Shown here piece by piece: positions 35,611 to 44,860 of a stretch of 64,000 bases of DNA; position 1 is the first letter of the stretch; each line of letters begins with the position of its first letter. The DNA is from an uncultured Gemmatimonadaceae bacterium. GTDB taxonomy: Bacteria; Gemmatimonadota; Gemmatimonadetes; Gemmatimonadales; Gemmatimonadaceae. The stretch covers positions 288,001 to 352,000 of the forward strand of contig CAWGJO010000021.1 in assembly GCA_963822945.1 (NCBI GenBank), written 5' to 3'. Both the position numbers and the translations under genes were made by a program. Under the pieces are notes generated by a model that saw only the letters and a program-made list of their open reading frames with translations, searched no databases and was not told the DNA's origin.

Positions 35611-35654
35611 TTTGTTGGTCCGGCGCGCGCACGGTTCCGCGCCGGACCGACAAA
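35611..35654. repeat. REP-like palindrome, copy 2 (may also terminate transcription between convergent genes)
   Basis: TTTGTTGGTCCGGCGCG-N10-CGCGCCGGACCGACAAA. Confidence 0.7.
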
Positions 35655-35660
35655 CAAGAT

Positions 35661-36021
35661 CTACAAGCTCTTGCCGTCGACGGCAGTGACGGTCAGCCCG
35701 TCGAGGTCGACGTCCGCCAGGCAGCGCACGTTGACGGCACGCACCTCCGAACCGTCCTTCTGCTTGCCGCGAGCAAAGGGGCGGATGCCACAGGTCTTGC
35801 AGAACTGGTGGGCGATGGTCTTGGTGTGAAAGCGATACTCGGCGAGCTCGCCCTCGCCCGAGAGCAGCTCGAAGTGTTCGAGCGGAACGAAGGTCAAGAG
35901 CGTCGCCGCCTTGGAACAGATTCGAGCAGTTGCAGGACACGACCATGGCAAGGTCCGTGGTGGCGCGGAAGCGGACCTTCCCGCAGTGGCAGGCTCCTTC
36001 GTAACTCTTGGGGTCTGACAT
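35661..36021 (-). CDS. GFA/CENP-V family protein; frameshift near 35920
   Basis: YEGACHCG, CNCS.C, FCKTCGI, AVNVRCL. Confidence 0.85.
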
Positions 36022-36064
36022 GGTGCCCATTTTGGAGCCGCAGAGCCCGGCTCGTATTGTAGAA

Positions 36065-36907
36065 ATGCGACACATGCCGGCAGCGGTCACGACCCACGGA
36101 ATCCTGAATCCCGAGGCCGGCGAGGCGCATTTCGAGCTCACCCGTCACGAGCCGTCGGCGGCTCTTCAGCCATTCGTGGAGCGATATTGGATAGTGCGCT
36201 GGGACTTGCGGGGGCGTGCACCCTACGCGCAACAGACCCTGCCGCACCCCTGTGTGAACTTGGCATTCGAACGCGCGGGCTCGGGGGTGCATGGCGTGGG
36301 AACCAAGAAGTTCGTGGCGCAGCTCGAAGGCGTGGGCCACGTCGTGGGCGCCAAGTTCAAACCGGGAGGCTTCTATCCTTTCGTCCGCTTCGACATCTCT
36401 CGGCTCACGGACCGGGTGGTTCCGGTTCAAGAGCTGTTCGACGTGGACGGGCCCGAGCTGGAGCGCCAGGTCCTTTCGGCCAAAGGCGCGGACCAGGCCG
36501 TCGCCATCGTGGAGGATTTCCTGCGCCGTCGGTTACCCGATCCGGATGAGAACGTCGCAACCGTGGCAGACGTGGCCACCCTGGCACTTCGTACGCGGAG
36601 CATCACGCGAGTCGAGGAGCTCGCGGCGGAAGCGGGGCTTCCGGTCCGGACGCTGCAGCGACTGTTCCGGCGCTACGTCGGTGTGAGCGCCAAGTGGGTC
36701 ATCCGCCGCTATCGCGTGCACGAGGCCGCGGCGCTGGTCGCGAGCGGCGAGGCGCTCAGCTGGGCTGCCTTGGCCCATGACCTGGGCTACGCCGACCAGT
36801 CGCACTTCATTCGCGACTTCGAGTCCCAGGTGGGGCAGACGCCAGCGCGCTATGCGGCGGTCTGCAGAAACGCCGGCACCTACAAAAAGCGCGAGCCCCC
36901 CGCCTAG
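36065..36907 (+). CDS. AraC family transcriptional regulator
   Basis: RTLQRLFRRYVGVS, LGYADQSHFIRDF. Confidence 0.9.
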   Translation: MRHMPAAVTTHGILNPEAGEAHFELTRHEPSAALQPFVERYWIVRWDLRGRAPYAQQTLPHPCVNLAFERAGSGVHGVGTKKFVAQLEGVGHVVGAKFKPGGFYPFVRFDISRLTDRVVPVQELFDVDGPELERQVLSAKGADQAVAIVEDFLRRRLPDPDENVATVADVATLALRTRSITRVEELAAEAGLPVRTLQRLFRRYVGVSAKWVIRRYRVHEAAALVASGEALSWAALAHDLGYADQSHFIRDFESQVGQTPARYAAVCRNAGTYKKREPPA

Positions 36908-36943
36908 TGAAAGACGGGGGGCCACGCGGGTCACGAATGCCTA

Positions 36944-39793
36944 CTAGCGCGGATAGGGCGGCACGTAGGGGTTCGTGATGTTGTGGGCCTTCTCCACGCT
37001 GAAGTCCTTACCCGGGCCGTGGCAGGTCCCGCAGGACTCCTGCTCGTCCCCGTTGTAGGGATCCGCAGGCGTCGGGTCGAAGGTCATCAGCTCACCGTGG
37101 GCCTTGTCTGCATCGCTGTCGTGACAGGCCATGCAGGCAACGCGGGCCGGCTTCTCGCTCCAGGAGGAGCTGTCGGAGTGGCACTTCTGACAATTGCGCA
37201 CATCTTGCGGGAAGATGACCAGCGGGATGTCCGCTTGCTTCGTCGAGCTGCTGCCGTGGATCTCGGCAGGGTTCTGGACGTAGTTCGCGAAGTGCATGCC
37301 GTGCACGCGACGGGAGATTGGCGCGGCGCCGAAGCCCATGTTGGAGCGCCCGGAGGCCGCGAAGGCACCCCAGCCGTCCACTGGGTCGCCGGCCATGCGG
37401 TCATCCGCGGCACGACGGTAGTCGTGGCAGCTGCCGCACAGATCGGTGTCCCATTCGTAGTTGCCGTGGATGCCGCCCTGAGCGGACGTGTTGTGGCAAT
37501 CCAGGCAGTTCGTCGCGATCTTCTTTTCCTCGGTGGCGGTCCCGACCTGGAAGTTGATGAGCTTCCAAGCGCGGGGGTTGGGACCGGTGCGTACCCACAA
37601 AGAGTAGGTGCCGGGCTCTGCGTTGGCCACGTCATCGAGCTGGTAGGTGATGTTCCCGGCCGACCAGGTCACCTTGGGATCGTCCTGCGTGGCGTTGGTG
37701 TGCTGGTAGATCGGGTTGGCAGCGTACGAGCTCGAGCCCGCGTGCGCTTCGTGGACGCCCACGCCGAGGCCCAGCGCGGTACCGACCGTGCTGGCCACGA
37801 CCTCGAGGTTGTTCTGCCGTGGACTGGGATGCGCCATGATCTCGACGGCATCGCCCTCTTCCTGCGCGAAAGCCACGGCGGAGAAGGACGAATCACCATT
37901 GAGCCAAGCCGCGACCTCGGCAGCCGTCGCGCCGGCCTTCTTGACCGTCGCGTCCGTATCGATGGTCAACGAAGCCGAACCCACCTTGAGCTGCAGATCC
38001 GTGGCGGCGCTCAAGTCCCAGGGCCCTGCCCCGCTGGTCACCGACGCGCGAGCAGCCGACGTGAGCTGCGGGATACGCCGAGCGCGCGGGCCGTTGATGA
38101 ACAGGTACGAGCTCGAGAAATCGCTAGCACTCTGCTTGACCGTGGTGTGATCGATGGCCGTACCGCCGTCCTTGATCACGATGGTCACGACCGGCGCCTC
38201 ACCGGGCACGTAGTGCGTGCCGTTGGCAGGCGAAGTCATCGTGACGTCCAGCGTGTACTTGGGGGCGAGGTCGGCGACCTCGTGGGCAGAGGCAATACCG
38301 CTCGACGTGTGGCACGTGGTGCACTTGGAATCGTCGGTCTGCGCGCCACCGTTGTGACTCTGGATCTCGCAGTTCCCAGTGGTCGTGTTGCACTCGCCCT
38401 TGCCGTAGGTCGAGGTGCAATCCAGCTTGACGGTACAGGCGGTGTTGCCGGTGGCCTTGCCCAGCACCCGGCCGGGAGTCAGGTTGCCGGTGGCCCAATC
38501 CAACGAGTCGTGGCAGGCGCCGCAAGCCAAGCGGCTGGGCTTGGTCTTCCACGAATCGTCCTGGTGGCACTTGGTGCAATTCTTGATGTTGTACGGGAAG
38601 GCCAGATCCAGATAGGCCTCCATGTCGCCCCAGTCCGGGTTCGTGTTGAACTCGGAGAGCAGCTCTTCGCCCATGTGCAGGCCGTGAACGCGGCGCACGA
38701 TGGCGTCGCTCAGATAGGCGCCCGTCGCGGTGGCGGACCACTCGGAGTTGTCGGCGCAGATGTACTTCGCCGGGGACCCACCGGCACTGACCGGCTTGCT
38801 GCCATCGGCGCACACGCGAACCGCCGCGTAGCCTTCCTGGTTGTGGCAGTTCTTGCACGTGTCGATGGGCGCCGAGTCGATGGCGGGGCTGCCCGTGGGG
38901 CTGTGGCCCGGGTCGACGTGGTGCATGTAGTACTGGCCGTTGGCCGCACCCTTGTGGCAGGAATCGCAGCCGCCTTCGACAATCTTGGCTTCCGGCGTCG
39001 CCGTGCCAATTTGGACGTCCACCTGCTCGAACTTCTCGTCGAGGGGGAAGTCCTTGGGAGTGGCGCGCAGCCCGATGGTGTACGTCCCCGGCTCCTCGTC
39101 CGTGACGGGCTCCATCGTGTAGGTGAGGATGTTGCCGTTCACGACCAGATTCGCGTTCGTGGTGGTGAGCAGGTTGACGTAGTGATGCTCCGACGCGGAC
39201 CGGTCCGTGGTGGTGTTCAGGAGCTTCACCGCTGCGACGGTCTTCAGCACGTCCTGGGGACCGCTCATGTACAGGGACAGCGTCGAGAAGTCCGCCATCT
39301 CCAGGGGCAGGCCCGCTTTGTCCTTCAGCTCGAAGGTGACGACGATCTTCTCACCCACGGCGAAATCGGTGGAATTGGCCGGCGGGGTGACGGTCGGAAC
39401 GACCTCGAGACCGGGAGTCTCCCCGGCGTTGAGGCCGGGCTTGCCGGGCTTGGCGACGCCGCCATCCCCGTCACTGACGGTCACGCTGGTGCCGTCATCG
39501 CACTTGATGGTCTTGGTGCCATCGCCGTTGTCGGTGACGGTGCAGCCGCTGCCGGCATCGCCCGTTGCGCCGCCCTGGACGGTGACACTGGTGCCGTCTT
39601 CGCAGCTGATGGTCGAGGTACCGTCCCCGTTGTCCGTGACGGAGCAGCTCGTGCCCGCCCCCGCCTCACCGGCCGGCCCGGCTTTGCCAGGCGCGCCGTC
39701 GTCCGCGGCGCATGCGCCGACCGCCAGTGCGCCAGCCAATACGACGGCCGCGCTGATGGGCCAGCCCACCATGGATGACTTGACCTTCCACAT
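36944..39793 (-). CDS. Decaheme c-type cytochrome lipoprotein, OmcA/MtrC-like
   Basis: Lipobox AVGAC; ten CxxCH in two groups of five (CDSCH, CKNCH, CTKCH, CGACH, CTTCH; CLDCH, CGSCH, CQKCH, CMACH, CGTCH). Confidence 0.85.
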   Translation of the reverse strand: MWKVKSSMVGWPISAAVVLAGALAVGACAADDGAPGKAGPAGEAGAGTSCSVTDNGDGTSTISCEDGTSVTVQGGATGDAGSGCTVTDNGDGTKTIKCDDGTSVTVSDGDGGVAKPGKPGLNAGETPGLEVVPTVTPPANSTDFAVGEKIVVTFELKDKAGLPLEMADFSTLSLYMSGPQDVLKTVAAVKLLNTTTDRSASEHHYVNLLTTTNANLVVNGNILTYTMEPVTDEEPGTYTIGLRATPKDFPLDEKFEQVDVQIGTATPEAKIVEGGCDSCHKGAANGQYYMHHVDPGHSPTGSPAIDSAPIDTCKNCHNQEGYAAVRVCADGSKPVSAGGSPAKYICADNSEWSATATGAYLSDAIVRRVHGLHMGEELLSEFNTNPDWGDMEAYLDLAFPYNIKNCTKCHQDDSWKTKPSRLACGACHDSLDWATGNLTPGRVLGKATGNTACTVKLDCTSTYGKGECNTTTGNCEIQSHNGGAQTDDSKCTTCHTSSGIASAHEVADLAPKYTLDVTMTSPANGTHYVPGEAPVVTIVIKDGGTAIDHTTVKQSASDFSSSYLFINGPRARRIPQLTSAARASVTSGAGPWDLSAATDLQLKVGSASLTIDTDATVKKAGATAAEVAAWLNGDSSFSAVAFAQEEGDAVEIMAHPSPRQNNLEVVASTVGTALGLGVGVHEAHAGSSSYAANPIYQHTNATQDDPKVTWSAGNITYQLDDVANAEPGTYSLWVRTGPNPRAWKLINFQVGTATEEKKIATNCLDCHNTSAQGGIHGNYEWDTDLCGSCHDYRRAADDRMAGDPVDGWGAFAASGRSNMGFGAAPISRRVHGMHFANYVQNPAEIHGSSSTKQADIPLVIFPQDVRNCQKCHSDSSSWSEKPARVACMACHDSDADKAHGELMTFDPTPADPYNGDEQESCGTCHGPGKDFSVEKAHNITNPYVPPYPR

Positions 39794-40000
39794 TTGCCTT
39801 CTCCATTCGAGCGCACGCAGCAATCGCGCGCGTGCAAGCACGTGGCTCCGCGCGGTAGCAAGAGTCGGGCCCACCAACACGCGAACCTTTCGCGCGTAAT
39901 TCGCGCAGTCTTGACGTCGCGCTACGGAGCGCCGGCAAGCTTTGCTCGCACTTTGAGAAACGTGACGGCGGTCAAGCGGACAGGACCGGGCACGCGAAAA

Positions 40001-41267
40001 TCATTCGGTATTCGCCGCGGGATCGTTGAGCAGAGAAATCGCGAGGGAAGTCAGCGCCGGAAAATCGTCTTCCAAGCTGGTGGCGTGCTCCGCGATGGCG
40101 GGAACCTCGGAGGGGGCCAGACCGCGCCAGAAGACCTGCCAGCCGGGCAGCCGCAGCATGCCGTCGCACACCGTGAGGTACCAGGCAGCGGTGGGATTGC
40201 CGGCGCGGGTACGCCAATAGAGCCGGGGAAAGTCCCGCGCCAGCGCTTGCCACAAGTCCCTGCCCACGCCCTCGCCCTGAGCCAGGGGCTCGACGGCGAA
40301 CTTGGACAGATACGGAGCGCTGTGTGCCGGCGTGCACGACGGCCGCGCCGCGAAACTCTTGCTCCACGTAGACGGCCAAGGGTTGCTTGTCGAAGAACTG
40401 CGTGAGCAGCGGATGACCGAAGCTCGCTTCCAAGAGCGCACCCAAGCGCCGTCGGTCCAAGTTCTCGTAGCCATCACGACGCTCGATGGCGCTACCGCGC
40501 TTCACCAAGGTGCCGGCACCCTTCACCGTGAACAACTCGCGCAGCAGGTCCAGCGGCGTGGTGATGCTGACCACCAACCGACTCGGCTCCGCGTGGGACA
40601 GGAGCTCTTCGACGTGCGCGAGCAACCGCGCGTCGGACTTACCCAACAAGGAGGCGAGCAGCTCGTGATCCGTACGTAGGTTGACCAACGACAGGCTGCT
40701 GCCCTCGATCGGCATCAGGTGGCGTTGCGCGACCTCTCGTCGCCGATCGCCGTGGACGTGCAGGCCTCCATGGCGGCGCAACAGCACGAGCTTGCGTGTC
40801 GCCAGCTCCGATGCCAAGCGCCCGACCCAAGCCAGGCGCTGTCGCATCTCCGTGCCTGCGCCGTCGTCGACCACGATCAACGGCGTGGCGCCCCGCTGCA
40901 AGCTCTCGCGCAAGGCGTCCGCCAGGCCGGGGTCGCTGGCAACGTGCCGAGAGCCGGACATCCGGGCGGTGGTCAGGCGTCGCTCCAGCCGCGCCAGGCT
41001 GGTCTCGGCCGTATCCGGATCGAACAGCCCCACGAGCACCGGAGCGCACAACCCCAGCTCCCCGAGGAATCGGAGTTGCTCGACGAACCCGCCCAGTCCT
41101 TGGCGCACGACCGGCGCACCGGGCGCGATCAATGCGAAGCTCTCTTTGGGCAACCGGCGGAAGAGCTCGAGGTACAGCTCCGCTTCGGAGCGGCGCCCGA
41201 CGCTCTCCAAGAACGTCAGCACTGCGTCCGCGGCCGGAGCAGGCGGGGGCTGAGACGGAATGGCCAC
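40001..41267 (-). CDS. N-acetylglutamate synthase, AAK-like + DUF619/NAT (vertebrate-like NAGS); frameshift near 40320
   Basis: LLRELFTVKGAGTLVKRG, YLSKFAV...QGEGVG, WRTR..NP...WY. Confidence 0.75.
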
Positions 41268-41336
41268 GAAGTGACCGTACTATGCCGGTGCGGGGCCCCT
41301 CGTCCAAGCGCTGGCTTCCCGCTACTATCGCACGCC

Positions 41337-43100
41337 ATGCAGGTTGGCCTCGTCACGTCACCGGGGGTCCTCGGCCAGTTCGTCGCCCGAGCAATCGCGC
41401 CGGCGGGACACGAGCTGCACGTGGCCCCGGACCTCGAGGCCCTGATGGCGCAAACCGAGTCCCCACCCGAAGTCGTGCTGTTCGCACCCATTGTCGGGGG
41501 CGAGCCCGCGGCGCGCGCTCTGGCGCGGGCGGAGAAGGCAGGCCTGGCACCGGAGCGCGCGATATTTCTCGGACTGGAAGTCGCGGAATGCGAGGAGGCG
41601 CGACGCTCGGGGTTCTTCCAGTCGATCCAGATGCCGTTTCAAGCGCAGGAGTTGCTGCGCGCCATTGAAAGTTCGGCAGAAGGCAAGCTCACGGTGTTGC
41701 TCGCCGACGACAGCGAGCTGATCCACAAGCACACGGTTCCAATTTTGGAGGCGGCTGGCTACGTGGTGCAGCAAGCGTTCAACGGCAAAGAAGCCCTCGA
41801 GGTCATCGAACGGGAGCATCCGGACCTATTGCTCACGGATGTGGAAATGCCCGAGCTCGACGGATTTTCGCTGTGCCGCACGCTGAAAGAAGACGAGCGC
41901 ACGGCCAGCATTCCCGTGGTGATCTGCTCCTCTTTGGGAGAAGCCGCAGATCTGGAAAAGGGCTTCGACGCCGGCGCGGACGACTACCTGGTAAAGCCGG
42001 TGGTGCCGGAAGAGCTCGTCAGCCGCCTGCACTCCTTGCTGGCCACGCGCATGGTGAGCGCGCGGGAGCGCGTGTTGGTCGTGGATGATTCCGCAGCGAT
42101 CCGTCACCTGGTCGCCGATTGCCTGCGCCGCCAAGGATTCCGAATCGAAACCGCCGTGGACGGCCAAGACGGGCTGGAAAAGGCGGTCGCGGCACCGCCG
42201 GAGCTGGTGCTCACGGACTATGACATGCCCCGCATGACCGGCTTCGAGCTGGTCCACGCCTTGCGCCACGACATCAAGACGCGCGACGTGCCGCTCGTCA
42301 TGCTGACGGCGCGGGATTCCAAACGAGACCAGGCGCAAATGCGAGCGGCTGGGCTCACCAGCTACCTGGTGAAGCCGTTCACCACGGACAAGTGCATCGC
42401 CATCGTGGAGCGCGTCTTGGCGGAGTCACGCTTGTCCCGCTACAAGGAAGCGTCGCGGCTGTACATCAGCGAAGGGGCGGTTCGGGCGGCGGAAGAGCTG
42501 TCCATGAGCGGGGCGATGGGCGACATCCGCGCCAAGGAAGTCGACGCCACGCTGCTGTTTTCCGACATCTCGGGCTTCACCAGCATGAGCTCGAAGATGA
42601 CGCCCGCGGAAGTCGTGGCGATCTTGAACGAGGCGTTCGACGCCTTGTGCATCGTGATCAAGGACCAGGGCGGCGACATCGACAAGTTCATCGGCGACGC
42701 CATCATGGCCGTGTTCGAGGACCGGCCGGATCTCGACGAGCCACACGTGCTGCGCGCCGTGCGCGCTGCTTGGGGCATGCAACGGTCGCTGGACGTCTTC
42801 AACGCCCAGCGGGAAAAGCCGCTGATCATGCGCATCGGTCTCAACTGTGGAAACGTCGTGCGCGGCGATATCGGCTCGCGTTTCGTGCGCCGGGACTACA
42901 CCTGCATCGGCGACGTGGTCAATCGCGCCCAGCGCCACGAGTCCAAGGCGCCCCTCGGAGGCGTGTTGATGAGCGCGTCCGTGTACGACCGCGTGGCCCC
43001 GCTGGTCAAGGCGGAGGAGATGACCGGCTTGATGTTCAAGGGCATCGACGAGCCGCAGAGCGCCTGGGTTCTGCAGGGATTCGTGGATCGCGAGTCCTGA
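41337..43100 (+). CDS. Multi-receiver class III adenylate cyclase (degenerate REC-REC-REC-cyclase)
   Basis: LADDS..TDVEMP, VVDDS..TDYDMP; FSDISGFT, DKFIGDAIM, DYTCIGDVVNRAQR. Confidence 0.88.
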   Translation: MQVGLVTSPGVLGQFVARAIAPAGHELHVAPDLEALMAQTESPPEVVLFAPIVGGEPAARALARAEKAGLAPERAIFLGLEVAECEEARRSGFFQSIQMPFQAQELLRAIESSAEGKLTVLLADDSELIHKHTVPILEAAGYVVQQAFNGKEALEVIEREHPDLLLTDVEMPELDGFSLCRTLKEDERTASIPVVICSSLGEAADLEKGFDAGADDYLVKPVVPEELVSRLHSLLATRMVSARERVLVVDDSAAIRHLVADCLRRQGFRIETAVDGQDGLEKAVAAPPELVLTDYDMPRMTGFELVHALRHDIKTRDVPLVMLTARDSKRDQAQMRAAGLTSYLVKPFTTDKCIAIVERVLAESRLSRYKEASRLYISEGAVRAAEELSMSGAMGDIRAKEVDATLLFSDISGFTSMSSKMTPAEVVAILNEAFDALCIVIKDQGGDIDKFIGDAIMAVFEDRPDLDEPHVLRAVRAAWGMQRSLDVFNAQREKPLIMRIGLNCGNVVRGDIGSRFVRRDYTCIGDVVNRAQRHESKAPLGGVLMSASVYDRVAPLVKAEEMTGLMFKGIDEPQSAWVLQGFVDRES

Positions 43101-43145
43101 GCGGGATGGAACGACCGAAGCAGACGTGCTAGCCGACTGGTCGTC

Positions 43146-43760
43146 ATGAAGAACACGCGAGTATTGGCGCTCGTGGGCAGCGTGGTCAGCCTCGCCGCCG
43201 TGGGAGTGCTGTCCGTCCCCCGCGCCGAGGCGGATCCTGCGGATGCCAGCCGCTACCCGTACGATCCGGTATGTGCCTGGGGCCGCTTGGCGAACGGCAA
43301 GGGAATGTTGGTGCGCTGCATCAGCCGGGAGGAAGCCCAGAGCTTGGCCAAGAACAAGCCCCCCACGCCAACACCGGGCAAGCCGTCCGCCCCGGCCAGC
43401 GCCAGCGCTGAGCCGGACGCTCCCGCGGCGAACGCGGCGGTCTTGGCGTCCATCGCCGGCGTCGCCGCGGATCAAGGACAGCTGCCCTTGGCCGCAAAGA
43501 AGCTGAGCGTCGCGCGCGACAAGTTCGCGGACTGCGTGAAGAACAACGGGGGCCTGTCGCACGACAGCGGCGAGGTCCAGGTCCGCTTCCTGGTACGCGG
43601 ACGAGGTCGGGCCGAAGGCGTCTCCGTGCAAAAGCGCGTCGGCGTGTCGTCGTCCGGTGCGCGCTGCGTCGCAAACGTGGTGGATCGTCGCTTCGTCGGC
43701 GTGCCGGAATCTCCACTCGTTGGCGCCACCGTCACGGTGAAATTCCGCACGAAGCCCTGA
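43146..43760 (+). CDS. Secreted hypothetical protein with TonB-C/AgmX-PglI-like C-terminal domain
   Basis: Signal peptide; Pro linker; FADC...GEVQVRFLV...ARCV. Confidence 0.55.
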   Translation: MKNTRVLALVGSVVSLAAVGVLSVPRAEADPADASRYPYDPVCAWGRLANGKGMLVRCISREEAQSLAKNKPPTPTPGKPSAPASASAEPDAPAANAAVLASIAGVAADQGQLPLAAKKLSVARDKFADCVKNNGGLSHDSGEVQVRFLVRGRGRAEGVSVQKRVGVSSSGARCVANVVDRRFVGVPESPLVGATVTVKFRTKP

Positions 43761-43807
43761 ATGCTGCAGCGCTAGCGGAACCGGGCCCGGCGTTCTATGG
43801 TCGGCTC

Positions 43808-44857
43808 GTGACCGTACGCGTCCTCATCGTCGACGACTCCGCGTTCATGCGTGGAGCGATCGCCCGCCTGCTGGGCGGAGATGCTCGCTTCGAGGTCGTG
43901 GGACAGGCCAAGGATGGCGAGGAAGCCGTCGAGCTCGCGTCGGAGCTGAAGCCGGACGTGATCACGATGGACTTCAACATGCCGGGCATGAACGGCGCCG
44001 AAACGACGCGGGCCATATTGGATGCCCGCGCGACACCCATCGTCATGCTCTCGGCTCACACCCGCGAAGGCGCGACGGCCACGGTCCAAGCGCTGGCCGC
44101 GGGTGCGGTCGACTTCGTGGAAAAACCGGACGGCGAGGTGAGCGCCAATCTGGCCAAGATCCGCGAGGCGCTGACGACGCGACTCCTCAGCGCCGCGGGC
44201 GCAAACGTCCAGACCGTCGTGTCAGCCCCGGCACCGGAAGGCGCGACGTCGTCCCGGCGCATGGCGCGCGCGGCCCTACGCCCCATGCCGGCAGGCCTTC
44301 GGGTAGTCGTCGTCGCCGCCTCCACCGGCGGCCCGGCTGCTCTGGTGCGCCTGCTCCGCACGCTCGCCCTGGGCGACAACGCCGCGCTGCTCATCGTGCA
44401 ACACATGTCTGCCGGCTTCACCGAGGCGCTGGCGGACCAGCTGTCGGAGTCCGCTGCGTTCCGCGTGCGGGAGGCGAGCGCGGGGCTCGAGCTGACTCCG
44501 GGGGTGGCGCTCGTCGCGCCCGGCGGTTCCCATCTGCTCATCGAGCGCAGTGGGCGCATCGCGCTTTCCGACGCCCCGCCCGTCCACGGCGTAAAACCCG
44601 CGGCGGATATCACGCTCAAGTCCGCCGCAGCCGCTTTCGGCGCGCGCTCCGTTGGCGTCGTGCTCACGGGAATGGGGCGAGATGGCGCCCTGGGTCTGGC
44701 CGCCGTCAAGGCCGCCGGCGGTCGCACCATCGCCCAAGACCGAGGCACCTCGACGGTGTTCGGTATGCCCAAGGCTGCGGTCGAAATGGGCGTAGTGGAC
44801 GAGGTGCTCGCGCTCGACCGCATCGGTCGCGCGGTGAGCGATCTCGTGGCGAGCTGA
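43808..44857 (+). CDS. cheB: Chemotaxis response regulator/methylesterase CheB
   Basis: REC (IVDDS, MDFNMP); ASTGGP, VQHM, LTGMGRDG, VFGMP. Confidence 0.93.
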   Translation: MTVRVLIVDDSAFMRGAIARLLGGDARFEVVGQAKDGEEAVELASELKPDVITMDFNMPGMNGAETTRAILDARATPIVMLSAHTREGATATVQALAAGAVDFVEKPDGEVSANLAKIREALTTRLLSAAGANVQTVVSAPAPEGATSSRRMARAALRPMPAGLRVVVVAASTGGPAALVRLLRTLALGDNAALLIVQHMSAGFTEALADQLSESAAFRVREASAGLELTPGVALVAPGGSHLLIERSGRIALSDAPPVHGVKPAADITLKSAAAAFGARSVGVVLTGMGRDGALGLAAVKAAGGRTIAQDRGTSTVFGMPKAAVEMGVVDEVLALDRIGRAVSDLVAS

Positions 44858-44860
44858 ACC

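Noticed and set aside
36983..39778. 931-aa + strand ORF and other long antisense ORFs (e.g. 11344-12939, 59547-61046)
   Set aside because: Shadow frames of real genes in high-GC DNA, with no motifs.
39794..39970. FNR box or sigma54 promoter upstream of the decaheme gene
   Set aside because: TTGAC lacks a matching right half-site, and no GG-N10-GC spacing was found at the TTGC candidates.
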